Shown here: positions 18,079-27,956 of the stretch, piece after piece
How the letters are laid out: the number at the start of each line of letters is the position of its first letter
Position numbering within the stretch: the stretch's first letter is position 1
NCBI GenBank assembly: GCA_038063635.1
Contig: JBBTUS010000006.1
Coordinates: forward strand, 13,500 to 77,499
DNA length: 64,000 nt
Direction of reading: 5' to 3'
From: Patescibacteria group bacterium
Lineage (GTDB): Bacteria; Patescibacteriota; Minisyncoccia; Phycocordibacterales; UBA9973
The notes under the pieces: model-generated
Seen by the model: only the letters and a program-made list of their open reading frames with translations
Databases searched by the model: none
Told to the model about the DNA's origin: nothing
Made by a program: the position numbers and the translations under genes

Positions 18079-19179
18079 TTAATTTTTACTAAATTTTGAT
18101 ATTTGCAACACTATTCCTATTGACATAAGATATATCATAAGCGAAGTACCTCCATGACTCATAAAAACAAGCGGAACCCCGGTCAACGGAAAAACTCCGG
18201 TAATAGAAGCTATGTTCATAAATGACTGAGCCGTAATCAGTATAACAATTCCAGCCACTAAAAGTCTACTGAATAAATCCGGTGAATTATTTGCAATATG
18301 AAGTCCTCGCAAGGCAAATAATGCATATAAAATTATAGTGGCAACAGACCCGATAAAACCTAATTCTTCACCTAGGACGGCAAAAATAGAGTCTCCTTGC
18401 GGTTCGGGAAGATAACTAAACTTTTGAATACTTTGACCAAAACCCCGCCCAAATATTCCTCCTGAACCTATGGCAATTAAAGATTGTTGAATTTGATAAG
18501 ATGACCCTTGAGAATCTTGCGATGGGTTGATAAAAGTTTTAACTCGTTCTTGGAGATAAGGAGTGACTGCAACCAAAGAAAAAAGAGCGATGCTTACCAG
18601 AAGTCCTATTCCTAAAAGATATTTTATCGGAACATCAGAAATAAAAAGCATAGCCAACCCTGTAATTGCAATTAAAATAAAACTTTTTGTGTCCGGTTGT
18701 TTAAATAAAATAAGAGCTATTATGCCAAGCATAATAAATAAAGGAAGAATGCTAAACCTAAAACTTTTTACTCTTATTTTTGCCCAAGAAAGCCAGGCGG
18801 CAAAATAAACAATAAATCCAAATTTTAGAAATTCTACCGGTTGAAACGTGCCTAATGGCCCTAATTTAATCCATCTCTCTGCTCCCCCATGACTCCACCC
18901 CAAATACGGTATAAATACGGCAGCCGTAAGAAGAATCGACCCTAAAAAAATATAAAATGCATGCTTTTTCCAAAACTTGTAATTTATTTTTAAACAAAAA
19001 AGCATGCCAACAACACCCAAACCAAGACCTAAAACAAGTTGGCTAAAAAGAACTGAATAAAAAATTTTTGGATTTTTAGCCAATATTCCGAAAGAGGCTG
19101 AAATAAACATTGCCAGTCCAATAAAAATTAAGAGAATTACAATTGTCAAAAAAAATCTATCAATTCTTTTTTCTTTCAT
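18079..19179 (-). CDS. ftsW: SEDS family peptidoglycan glycosyltransferase (FtsW/RodA)
   Basis: GAERWI, FQPVEFLK, QPD, GSGG.FG.G, LPEPQGDSIF, EELG, PLTGVPL..SHGG. Confidence 0.9.
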   Translation of the reverse strand: MKEKRIDRFFLTIVILLIFIGLAMFISASFGILAKNPKIFYSVLFSQLVLGLGLGVVGMLFCLKINYKFWKKHAFYIFLGSILLTAAVFIPYLGWSHGGAERWIKLGPLGTFQPVEFLKFGFIVYFAAWLSWAKIRVKSFRFSILPLFIMLGIIALILFKQPDTKSFILIAITGLAMLFISDVPIKYLLGIGLLVSIALFSLVAVTPYLQERVKTFINPSQDSQGSSYQIQQSLIAIGSGGIFGRGFGQSIQKFSYLPEPQGDSIFAVLGEELGFIGSVATIILYALFALRGLHIANNSPDLFSRLLVAGIVILITAQSFMNIASITGVFPLTGVPLVFMSHGGTSLMIYLMSIGIVLQISKFSKN

Positions 19180-20231
19180 CGGCTAATAACTGCTAAAATT
19201 ATTCCTATAATAGCGAAAATAATCGAGAAAACCCAATAACGCATCGTAACTTTATAACTTGGCCAACCAATCGCTTCAAAATGATGATGAATCGGCGCCA
19301 ATTTAAATATTCTTTTGCCTCCTCTGAATTTTTTAGAAAGAATTTGTAAAATTACCGACAATGAAGTTATAACCAACGGCAATGCAACTATTGGAAGAAT
19401 TAAAACCGAATCGGTTAAAAAAGCTAAGGTCGCCAGTGTTATGGTAAGACCCATAATTCCAGTTTCTCCCATATAAAATCTAGCTGGCGGAATATTAAAC
19501 CAAAGAAATGCCAATATGGCTCCGGTAATCACTCCTGAAAACGTGGCTAAGTTTATTTGATTATTAGCGAAAGCAATTACAGAATATGAAGCAAAAATGG
19601 AGGCGAACACTCCGCCGGAAAGTCCATCAAGGCCATCAATCACTCCTCCGGAAAATACCGCCAGCGCGACTAAAATAAAAAATGGAATAATTAAAATTCC
19701 AAAATATATCTGCCCCATAAACGGCACATGGATTGAGGTTATGCCAAGTTTATAAAAAAACCAAAGACCAATAAGCAACGAAATGAAAGTTATTATAAAA
19801 ACTTTCCATCTTCTCCAAGATTTATCATCGTGAGCAATTTTTCCTTTTCCAAAGCATTGAATTAAATCATCCCAAAGTCCTATTAAAGAACCTAAAATGA
19901 GAGTAAAAAACGGTATTAGCGTTTGGTCACGGCTCAAAAAATTTATTTTTTCTGAAAAAGCTGAAGGAAAAATTATTGCAAACAATATTGCTAAAAATGT
20001 CGTAATGAAAACTGATGCCCAAATAATTATTCCCCCAACTCGCGGGGTTTTAAGTTCTTCCTTTTCATTGTGTATTTTTTTAAAATCTTCTACTGTCGTA
20101 TCTTCGTTTCTGGAATATTTTTTCCACATTTTATATTTATAAAAAAAATGCGTTGCAACCGGCGTAATAGCCAGCCCCACAAAAAACGCTAAAGCTGTTG
20201 GAATAAAAATTTTAACCAAATTAATAAACAT
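19176..20231 (-). CDS. mraY: Phospho-N-acetylmuramoyl-pentapeptide transferase
   Basis: TPRVGG, GLWDD, DGLDGL, FNIPPARFYMGETG, APIHHHFE. Confidence 0.93.
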   Translation of the reverse strand: MFINLVKIFIPTALAFFVGLAITPVATHFFYKYKMWKKYSRNEDTTVEDFKKIHNEKEELKTPRVGGIIIWASVFITTFLAILFAIIFPSAFSEKINFLSRDQTLIPFFTLILGSLIGLWDDLIQCFGKGKIAHDDKSWRRWKVFIITFISLLIGLWFFYKLGITSIHVPFMGQIYFGILIIPFFILVALAVFSGGVIDGLDGLSGGVFASIFASYSVIAFANNQINLATFSGVITGAILAFLWFNIPPARFYMGETGIMGLTITLATLAFLTDSVLILPIVALPLVITSLSVILQILSKKFRGGKRIFKLAPIHHHFEAIGWPSYKVTMRYWVFSIIFAIIGIILAVISR

Positions 20232-21125
20232 TTATTCAGTATAACTTAATTGTAATATATTTACGAGTTTTTCCATATCGGAAAATCTTCCATTAAAAGT
20301 AGACCCCAGCACTGTAATAGCTATATCATGCTTCATTTTATCCCTAAAAATAACGGTTAAATTACCACCAGCTAGTTCAGTGTATCCGGTTTTTGAAAAT
20401 AGCGCATTGGGTATTTTATCTAAAATAATATTGGTGTTTTTTATATTATGGATAAATCCTGATTTAGATTTTAAATTTATTTCCGGCAATATTGTAGCAC
20501 CAAAAATTATCGGGTGGGCTTTCAGCCCATAGATTGCCATAATATTAGCATCTTCCGCGGAGGCAAATGCTCCAGCCTTTTTTATATCAATATCCAGTCC
20601 GGTAGAATTTAAAAATACGGTATTTTTCATACCCAATTTTCCGGCTTTATTATTCATCTTTTTTAGATATTCATGATTATTTTCAACTAGAGCATAAATG
20701 CCATCATTGGCGGAGGAAATAAGTGTAAGTTTTACAAGGTCATAAATACTCCACTTTTCATTTACAAATATTCCAAAATCTCCAGCTTGGCTAATAGCAT
20801 CTTTTGAAATAAGAATTTCTCCATCTGGCTGATAGTTATTAAGAATGATAATTATAGCCATAGTCTTGGCCAACGAAGCTATAGGCATCGGAACATTGTC
20901 ATTCTGGCCGTAAATTTTTTCACCCAAAGTCATATCATAAATAGAATACGATTTTGCTAAAATTGGCGCATCGCTTAATAAGTTTTTAATTCTTGCTAAT
21001 CTAATTTGATGATTTTTAAAATCGTTATTCAATCTATTGTTTTCAATAGTAAAAAAAATACCCTCAAGAGTAATAAAAAATAAAATAAAAATCAAAAGAT
21101 AATTTTTACTATAAATTTGCGTCAT
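20232..21125 (-). CDS. D-alanyl-D-alanine carboxypeptidase (peptidase S11)
   Basis: IASLAK (SxxK), SAND (SxN), NSTGLD, SKTGYT; start approximate. Confidence 0.88.
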   Translation of the reverse strand: MTQIYSKNYLLIFILFFITLEGIFFTIENNRLNNDFKNHQIRLARIKNLLSDAPILAKSYSIYDMTLGEKIYGQNDNVPMPIASLAKTMAIIIILNNYQPDGEILISKDAISQAGDFGIFVNEKWSIYDLVKLTLISSANDGIYALVENNHEYLKKMNNKAGKLGMKNTVFLNSTGLDIDIKKAGAFASAEDANIMAIYGLKAHPIIFGATILPEINLKSKSGFIHNIKNTNIILDKIPNALFSKTGYTELAGGNLTVIFRDKMKHDIAITVLGSTFNGRFSDMEKLVNILQLSYTE

Positions 21126-21693
21126 TTGGAGATTCTTTTGTCTCAATAACAGAGGGGTCTTCTAAATTTTCCACTGCGTTTTTTATAGAATTATTTATTT
21201 CGCTATATTCGGGTAATTCTTCAATAGATTTCACTCCCATATAAGCCAATAAATCAAAGCTGGGTTTATAAACATAACGCCGGTTGTCACTCGGGTCAAT
21301 AATTTTATCTATTAGTCCTCTGATTGAAAGCGCTCGTAAAATAAAACTTGAATTTACTCCTCTAATGTAATCAATTTCATGCCTATTTACTTCATTTTTA
21401 TAAAGAATTATGGCTAACGTTTCCAAACTGGCCTTGGAAAGGCCTTTATTTATTTCTTCTTTCTGTAAATCTTTAATCAGCTCTGAAAATATTGGCGCGG
21501 TGCCAAGCATTATTTCATTGTCTTTTTCAATCAGTGCCACTCCCCTATTTTTTAAATTTTCTTTAAGTTTATTTATTCCATCATTTATTTCCGTCTGGCC
21601 AGTTTTTAAAATTTCCGAAAGTCTTTTTCGCGACATTGGTTCACTTTTGAAAAAAAGTATTGCTTCAATTTTTTGTTCTGTATTCATATTCAT
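21109..21693 (-). CDS. scpB: SMC-Scp complex subunit ScpB
   Basis: IEAILF, LSKASLETLAIILYK, EIDYIRGVNS, ELP. Confidence 0.93.
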   Translation of the reverse strand: MNMNTEQKIEAILFFKSEPMSRKRLSEILKTGQTEINDGINKLKENLKNRGVALIEKDNEIMLGTAPIFSELIKDLQKEEINKGLSKASLETLAIILYKNEVNRHEIDYIRGVNSSFILRALSIRGLIDKIIDPSDNRRYVYKPSFDLLAYMGVKSIEELPEYSEINNSIKNAVENLEDPSVIETKESPNDANL

Positions 21694-21710
21694 CTTAAAT
21701 TAAAAAGATT

Positions 21711-21776
21711 AAAAGATTTTAAGAGCCGTGGGTTCCCTGTCCTAGGACTCCGAGGGCGAAGGCTCAGAAATCTTTT
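21711..21776. repeat. Structured repeat family S, copy 1 (intergenic scpA/scpB)
   Basis: Core CGTGGGTTCCCTGTCCT...CTCCGAGGGCGAAG shared with 36920 and 59272; closing stems AAAAGATTT/AAATCTTTT and GAGCC/GGCTC. Confidence 0.85.
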
Positions 21777-21793
21777 AATTTTCTTAATTTATT

Positions 21794-22546
21794 TTACATT
21801 GTCTCGGCTTCTTGTTTTTTAATTATAATATCCGCAAAATTATTTTCTTGCACAGCATGGAGTATTCCCTGCCTGACAAGTTCTAGCATAGCAAGAAATC
21901 CAACAATTACAACAACTCTTTCTTCTTTGGTTTCTGCTTTGCCGGAAAAATCTTTAAAATTAAATTTGAGAGAATTCTCAATTCTTTTTGTCAATCTATC
22001 TATCATTTCTTCTATGCTTATCACTTTTTTCACTTCTACTTTGGGTAAAAATACTTTTTGAGGAATTTTATCTAACGCCCCGCGAGCAAAAGTCATCATA
22101 TTTCTGGCAGTAATTTGTTCATCTGGCAAAAATGCCAAAATCTCATTTTTTCTTTCAAGCGGCGCAAAAATTATATTTTTGCCGAAATTTATTTTTATAT
22201 TATTTGCAAGCCTGGAATAAAGTTCAAAAATTTTCAGTCTATCTTCTAAATCTTTAATATCGCTTTCTTCTTCCAAAGTTAGATTTAAATTCGGCAATAA
22301 TGATTTTGATTTAATAAGTATAAGCGTAGCCGCTACAACTATAAAGCTTGCAATTTCAGCGGCTTGCCAGCCGGCAAGCCTGTTTTTATCCAACTGTAAA
22401 TTGTTCACATACTTTAAATAATCCTCTGTTACCCGAGCAAGAGATATTTCATTAATAAAAAGCTTTCGCTCTTCAATTAAATTTAAAAGAACCACAAACG
22501 GCCCTTCAAAATTCACGGTTTTTATTGTATAAGCTTGGTTTTCCAC
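21794..22546 (-). CDS. scpA: Segregation/condensation protein ScpA
   Basis: FEGP...LL.LI, AATLILIKSKSLLP, FLAMLELVRQG; adjacent to scpB. Confidence 0.92.
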   Translation of the reverse strand: MENQAYTIKTVNFEGPFVVLLNLIEERKLFINEISLARVTEDYLKYVNNLQLDKNRLAGWQAAEIASFIVVAATLILIKSKSLLPNLNLTLEEESDIKDLEDRLKIFELYSRLANNIKINFGKNIIFAPLERKNEILAFLPDEQITARNMMTFARGALDKIPQKVFLPKVEVKKVISIEEMIDRLTKRIENSLKFNFKDFSGKAETKEERVVVIVGFLAMLELVRQGILHAVQENNFADIIIKKQEAETM

Positions 22547-22582
22547 TCTCTTATTTTAGCATATTAAAAAGATATATAAAAC

Positions 22583-24001
22583 TTATGATTTATAATCTTC
22601 AATCAGTTTATATAAGAGTCTAACCGGAGTACCAAGAGCGCCTTGAGCTAAAAATTCGTCAGTCATTGCCGTCATCCTTGGAGCTATGTCTATATGAGCC
22701 CATTTATAACCTTTAATAAATTGCTGCAGAAAAATTGCGCCATAAGTTGCGCCACCGTAGCGAGAATCTTTATTATGAACGTTTGACCAATCACCTAAGT
22801 TTCCTTTTATTTCATTCTCATATTCTTCCCACATGGGCAGTCGCCACATATAATCTCCCGTTTTATCTCCGATTTTTTCCAACTTAACGCATAATTCATC
22901 ATCGTCTGTAAAAATTGCCGACATGCGTTCGCCCAGCGCCACTACCGCCGCGCCTGTAAGAGTCGCAACATCAATCACAACTTCCGGATTATATTTTTTA
23001 GAATAAGTAAGCGCGTCAGCCAGAATAACTCTTCCCTCTGCGTCTGTATTTAATATTTCAATTGTCTGGCCGGACATTGAACGGATGACATCCCCGGGAC
23101 GATAACTTTTTCCGGATGGCATATTTTCAACCGAAGGAATTAATACAACTACATTTTTTTTTAATTTCATTTTTGCCACAAGAGCAATCACGTGTATGCA
23201 AGCCGCTCCGCCGGACATATCCATATTCATGCCGGAAAGCGAAGATGATGGTTTTAAATTTAATCCTCCGGTATCAAAAGTTACACCCTTGCCGACAAGA
23301 ACTATCGGTTTCTCGTTTTTTTTGCTCCGTCCCGACTTAGGTCGGGATAGACCCCAATATTCCATAATAATAAATTTTGATTCTTCGTCTGACCCGCGAC
23401 CGACAGAAAGCACCGCTTCCATGTTTAGTTTTTCCATTTCTTTTTCACCCAATACTTTAACTTTTACCGGTAAACCCCTTACAGCTTCTTTTGCTTTTTG
23501 CGCAAGTATTTGAGGTGTCATATCTCCGCCTGGAGTATTTGATAATGAGCGAGCTTTATTTACTTCTTGGGTTATAGCGTGACCTTTCAAAATTGCTTTT
23601 TTTATCTCTATTTTATTTGCGCCTGAAATTATCACTTCTTTAATAGAATTAAAACCTTCTCCAGTTAGTGTTTTATATTCTATAAATTCATAATTGGCAA
23701 AATCAAGTTGTGAACCGATTATTTCTCCGAGTTCTTCATCAGATATTTTTATATTCTTGAATTTTAAATCGTTAAAATCAAAACCTATCTTTTCTGCTTT
23801 CACTCCTTTTGCTAAAATAATCATTTTACGTACAAGTAAAAAAAGCTTTCTGGAATTCATTTTTTCTGCTTCATCACATTTTAGATAAAGAGTTTTTACT
23901 CCTTTTTCTTTAATAATTTCATCTTTATTTTTAGAACTAACAGATATAAAAAGCGTTTCTTTTTTTGCTTCTTTTAAACTGTTTTTGAAGGTTATTTTCA
24001 T
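22583..24001 (-). CDS. pepA: Leucyl aminopeptidase (M17)
   Basis: GKGVTFDTGG, MDMSG, NTDAEGR, DVATLTGA, WAHIDIA. Confidence 0.95.
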   Translation of the reverse strand: MKITFKNSLKEAKKETLFISVSSKNKDEIIKEKGVKTLYLKCDEAEKMNSRKLFLLVRKMIILAKGVKAEKIGFDFNDLKFKNIKISDEELGEIIGSQLDFANYEFIEYKTLTGEGFNSIKEVIISGANKIEIKKAILKGHAITQEVNKARSLSNTPGGDMTPQILAQKAKEAVRGLPVKVKVLGEKEMEKLNMEAVLSVGRGSDEESKFIIMEYWGLSRPKSGRSKKNEKPIVLVGKGVTFDTGGLNLKPSSSLSGMNMDMSGGAACIHVIALVAKMKLKKNVVVLIPSVENMPSGKSYRPGDVIRSMSGQTIEILNTDAEGRVILADALTYSKKYNPEVVIDVATLTGAAVVALGERMSAIFTDDDELCVKLEKIGDKTGDYMWRLPMWEEYENEIKGNLGDWSNVHNKDSRYGGATYGAIFLQQFIKGYKWAHIDIAPRMTAMTDEFLAQGALGTPVRLLYKLIEDYKS

Positions 24002-24011
24002 GCCTAATTTA

Positions 24012-25424
24012 TTAGATTAATTTTATGCCCAATTCTTTCAATTGTTTATCGGAAATTTCCGAAGGAGAACCCATCATTAAATCTTTTCCTTCACCTGTTT
24101 TTGGGAAAGCGATAACTTCACGAATATTCGGTTCATTTTCAAGTATCATCATCAACCTATCAAAACCCCAAGCGATTCCTCCGTGTGGCGGAGTACCGGA
24201 ACGAAATGCTTCAAGCATATAAAATAAATTTTTTTCTGTTTCTTCTTTTTTAACTCCCATAATGTCATAAACAGCCAAGAGCGCTTCCGGTTCATGGTTT
24301 CTAATTGAACCGCCGCCAATTTCAAAACCATTTAAGGTTATATCATATTGATTCGTAAGAATATTCGGAATATTTCTTTTATTTAATAAATCGTCATGAA
24401 ATTTCGCCTGAGCCGCTGAAAATGGATTATGCGTAAAAGTCCATTCGCCTTCTGCTTGCGGATTATTGTCTTTGTTTGCTTTTTCAAAAAATGGAAAATC
24501 AATAACCCAGCAAAATGCCAAAAGATTTTTATTATTTTTATCTTTTCTTAAATCCGGCCTGTCGTTTCCATATTTTTCCATCGCTTCTTTATGCGAAATT
24601 TTTGGAAATGGAATTTCTTGTATTTCTTTTTCCGGATACAATTTTTGAACAATTTCTATCAATAAATTCTCGTTTAAATTCATCACTTCTTCCTTCTCTA
24701 CAAAACTCATCTCCATATCAAGCTGAGTAAATTCCGGCTGGCGATCTCCTCGCAAGTCTTCATCGCGCATACATTTTGCCATCTGAAAGTATTTTTCCAT
24801 GCCAGATGCCATTAAAAGTTGTTTATGTTGTTGAGGCGCTTGAGGTAATGCAAAAAATTTACCTTTATCAAGTCTGGAAGGAACAATAAAATCTCTAGCT
24901 CCTTCAGCTGTTGATTTTGAAAGTATTGGAGTTTCTATTTCAATGAAATTTTCCTTATCTAAATAATCACGAATAAATTTTACGACTTTATGCCTGTTGC
25001 GAATATTTTTCTGCATACGGCCTCTGCGCAAGTCAAGATATCTATATTTCATTCTGTGTTCTTCTCCTATTTCATATCCATCAGTTGATAAATCAATAGC
25101 TGAAGTTTCCGCTTTGTTAAGAATTTCAATATTTACAGCTTCAAGTTCAACATCGCCATTTAACACATCATCTTTTATATTTTTATCAGGACGCTTGTTT
25201 ACAATACCGGTAATTTTTAAAACCCATTCTGGACGAATCTCTTTCGCCATTTCTATGGCTTCAATGCGGCTTGGCAATGCTATGCATTGCGCCTTCCCTG
25301 TCATGTCGCGTATATCAAAAAAAACCATTTTGCCTTGATCGCGACGCACATCCACCCACCCCGCAATTACAATTTCTTTTCCAATATTATTTTTTAAATC
25401 TTTAATATAAATTCTATTTTTCAT
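24012..25424 (-). CDS. aspS: Aspartate--tRNA ligase (short, no GAD insertion domain)
   Basis: GWV..RRD, RYLDLR, EGARDF.VP, LPQAPQ, RDEDLRGDRQPEFTQLD, PPHGG.A.G.DR. Confidence 0.93.
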   Translation of the reverse strand: MKNRIYIKDLKNNIGKEIVIAGWVDVRRDQGKMVFFDIRDMTGKAQCIALPSRIEAIEMAKEIRPEWVLKITGIVNKRPDKNIKDDVLNGDVELEAVNIEILNKAETSAIDLSTDGYEIGEEHRMKYRYLDLRRGRMQKNIRNRHKVVKFIRDYLDKENFIEIETPILSKSTAEGARDFIVPSRLDKGKFFALPQAPQQHKQLLMASGMEKYFQMAKCMRDEDLRGDRQPEFTQLDMEMSFVEKEEVMNLNENLLIEIVQKLYPEKEIQEIPFPKISHKEAMEKYGNDRPDLRKDKNNKNLLAFCWVIDFPFFEKANKDNNPQAEGEWTFTHNPFSAAQAKFHDDLLNKRNIPNILTNQYDITLNGFEIGGGSIRNHEPEALLAVYDIMGVKKEETEKNLFYMLEAFRSGTPPHGGIAWGFDRLMMILENEPNIREVIAFPKTGEGKDLMMGSPSEISDKQLKELGIKLI

Positions 25425-25456
25425 GTTAAAAAGTATATCATAAAATAAGCAATAAA

Positions 25457-26464
25457 TTAAAAATAGTCAATCTTTACGGCTTTTCTTACCTCCTTTATCG
25501 TTTTATTTGCCACTATCCGCGCTTTTTCAGTTCCCTCTTTTAAAATTTCCATGACTGCTTCAGGATTTTTTGCAAGCTCTTCCCTTTTTGCGCGAATAGG
25601 CGCAATCATCTTTTCCAGAACTTCAATCAAGCGCTTTTTAATTACAACATCACCCAGCCCGCCTTTTCTGTATTGCTCTTTCAACTTTTTAATTTCTTCT
25701 TTGTCTTCATCAAAAATATCCAAATATATAAAAACAACATTACCCTCTGTTTGCCCCTTGTCATTCACGTGAATATGGTTCGGGTCAGTATACATGTCCA
25801 TAACTTTTTTAGAAATTTCTTCATAACTGTCAGAAAGGTAAATACAATTATTTAATGACTTGCTCATCTTTAAACCTCCGTCTATGCCAACCAGTCTTGG
25901 CGTATCACCTATTAAATGTTTAACTTTTTTAAAAGTTTCCCCATAAAAACGATTAAAGTCATCTACAATTTCATTGGTTTGTTCAATCATTGGCTTTTGG
26001 TCTTCGCCAACTGGAACTATGTTGCCATGACAAAATAAAATATCTGCGGCTTGCGAAACAGGATGCATTAAAAACCCGGCCGGCACATCTTCGCCATAAC
26101 CTTTATCTTTCATTTCATCTTTTACCGTGGGATTTCTTTTGAGTCGCGCTAGTGTTACTAAATTTAAAAAAAGTATTGTGAGTTCAGCAATCTCTGGAAT
26201 TTCGGATTGAATAAACATTACGGTTTTATTGGGGTCAAGTCCGCAAGCTAAATTATCTAACGCAACTTCTAAAACATTTTCTCTGACCTTGGCTGGATTA
26301 TCCGCATTGGAAGTCAAGGCCTGGATATCAGCCACCATATAAAAGCATTGATTGCCTTCATTTTGAAGTTTAACCCTGTTTTGTATAGACCCGACAAAAT
26401 GACCCAAATGGAGTTTTCCTGTCGGGCGATCACCGGTTAGCGCTATTTTTTCATCTTTTGCCAT
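25457..26464 (-). CDS. trpS: Tryptophan--tRNA ligase
   Basis: GDRPTGKLHLGH, QAADI, VPVGEDQ, KMSKS. Confidence 0.96.
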   Translation of the reverse strand: MAKDEKIALTGDRPTGKLHLGHFVGSIQNRVKLQNEGNQCFYMVADIQALTSNADNPAKVRENVLEVALDNLACGLDPNKTVMFIQSEIPEIAELTILFLNLVTLARLKRNPTVKDEMKDKGYGEDVPAGFLMHPVSQAADILFCHGNIVPVGEDQKPMIEQTNEIVDDFNRFYGETFKKVKHLIGDTPRLVGIDGGLKMSKSLNNCIYLSDSYEEISKKVMDMYTDPNHIHVNDKGQTEGNVVFIYLDIFDEDKEEIKKLKEQYRKGGLGDVVIKKRLIEVLEKMIAPIRAKREELAKNPEAVMEILKEGTEKARIVANKTIKEVRKAVKIDYF

Positions 26465-26554
26465 GAGTTTATAATATCATAATTTTCCCCATTTTAATAA
26501 CAGATTGCGCACTTTTTGACTTTGACTATTTTTCTATCGTGCTAAAATGCGCTT

Positions 26555-27943
26555 ATGGTAAAAACAAAAAGAGACAATATTCGCATACCGCCTCAAAGCA
26601 TTGACTCAGAAAAAGCGGTATTAGGTTCTATTATGCTGCGCAAAGAAGCAATGGATGAAATAGAAGATTTAATTAATCCAGATTCTTTTTATGTAGAAAA
26701 ACATAAAATAATTTTTAGAGCAATGCTTGATCTTTCCATAAAAAATGAACCGATTGACATGCTATCGCTTTCTATAAAGTTAGGTGAACAAAAACTGCTT
26801 GATGCTATTGGTAACAATCAATACTTGGCGGAAATAGTAAATGTCGTTCCTTCATCTGTCAATGTAAAACATTACGCAGAGATTGTGCAAAAAAAATACA
26901 TCTTAAGAAGTTTAATTGAAGCGGCAGATTATGTGTCTGAACTTGCCTTTGAAGAAAATGACGACCATATGGATGAAATTTTAGACATGGCAGAGAAAAA
27001 AATATTCGGAGTTGTTTCTTCTCCTAAGAATCAAAAGTTCACGAGCATCAAAGATGCATTGCCGGAAGCATGGGAGCGATTAGAAAAACTTCATGAACAT
27101 AAAGATGCCTTGAGAGGCCTGCCTACCGGATTTAAAGATTTAGACAATCTGCTTTCTGGTTTTCAAAAATCCGACTTAATAATCTTGGCGGCGAGACCTT
27201 CTATGGGTAAAACTACATTGGCGCTTGATATTGCCCGCATGGCTGCAATTTTACATAATAAATCAGTTGGAATATTTTCTCTGGAAATGTCTTCTCAGCA
27301 ATTAGTCGACAGAATGCTATCCGCTGAATCCAGAGTGAACGCTTGGAATTTAAGAACTGGACGTATTTCAACTGATAAAGAATTTTTACAACTTAGAGAT
27401 TCACTTGATAAATTATCAAAAGCAAAAATATATATTGATGACTATCCTGGAAACTCAATAATCAGGATGAAGGCCGTATCTCGCCGACTTAAAGCAGAAA
27501 AAGGTCTTGACCTTATTGTTGTGGATTACTTGCAACTTATGACAACTTCTAAAAATTACGACTCAATGGTCAATCAAGTCACGGAAATTTCAAGGTCGTT
27601 AAAAAGCTTGGCCAAGGAACTTAATTTACCAGTGCTGGCGCTTTCACAGCTTTCCCGCGCAGTTGAATCTCGTGGTGGAAAACCAAGACTTTCAGACCTT
27701 CGTGACTCCGGATCTATTGAGCAAGACGCTGATGTGGTTATGTTTATACACCGTGAAGATAAAGGCAAAGATGAATCAGAAAGAACAAATATCGCTGAGA
27801 TATTAGTTGAAAAACACAGAAATGGACCAACGGGAAAAATTGAACTTTACTTTGATGAAAAAACCACAACCTTTTTAACTCTGGAAAAAAGTATCAGTGA
27901 GTTTTCAACAAAAAAAATTAGTAGTGCGCTTGATGAGTTTTAA
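26555..27943 (+). CDS. dnaB: Replicative DNA helicase
   Basis: AARPSMGKT, FSLEMS, DYLQLM, LSQLSR, DLRDSGSIEQDAD, KHRNGP. Confidence 0.97.
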   Translation: MVKTKRDNIRIPPQSIDSEKAVLGSIMLRKEAMDEIEDLINPDSFYVEKHKIIFRAMLDLSIKNEPIDMLSLSIKLGEQKLLDAIGNNQYLAEIVNVVPSSVNVKHYAEIVQKKYILRSLIEAADYVSELAFEENDDHMDEILDMAEKKIFGVVSSPKNQKFTSIKDALPEAWERLEKLHEHKDALRGLPTGFKDLDNLLSGFQKSDLIILAARPSMGKTTLALDIARMAAILHNKSVGIFSLEMSSQQLVDRMLSAESRVNAWNLRTGRISTDKEFLQLRDSLDKLSKAKIYIDDYPGNSIIRMKAVSRRLKAEKGLDLIVVDYLQLMTTSKNYDSMVNQVTEISRSLKSLAKELNLPVLALSQLSRAVESRGGKPRLSDLRDSGSIEQDADVVMFIHREDKGKDESERTNIAEILVEKHRNGPTGKIELYFDEKTTTFLTLEKSISEFSTKKISSALDEF

Positions 27944-27956
27944 GTGAAAATCAATC

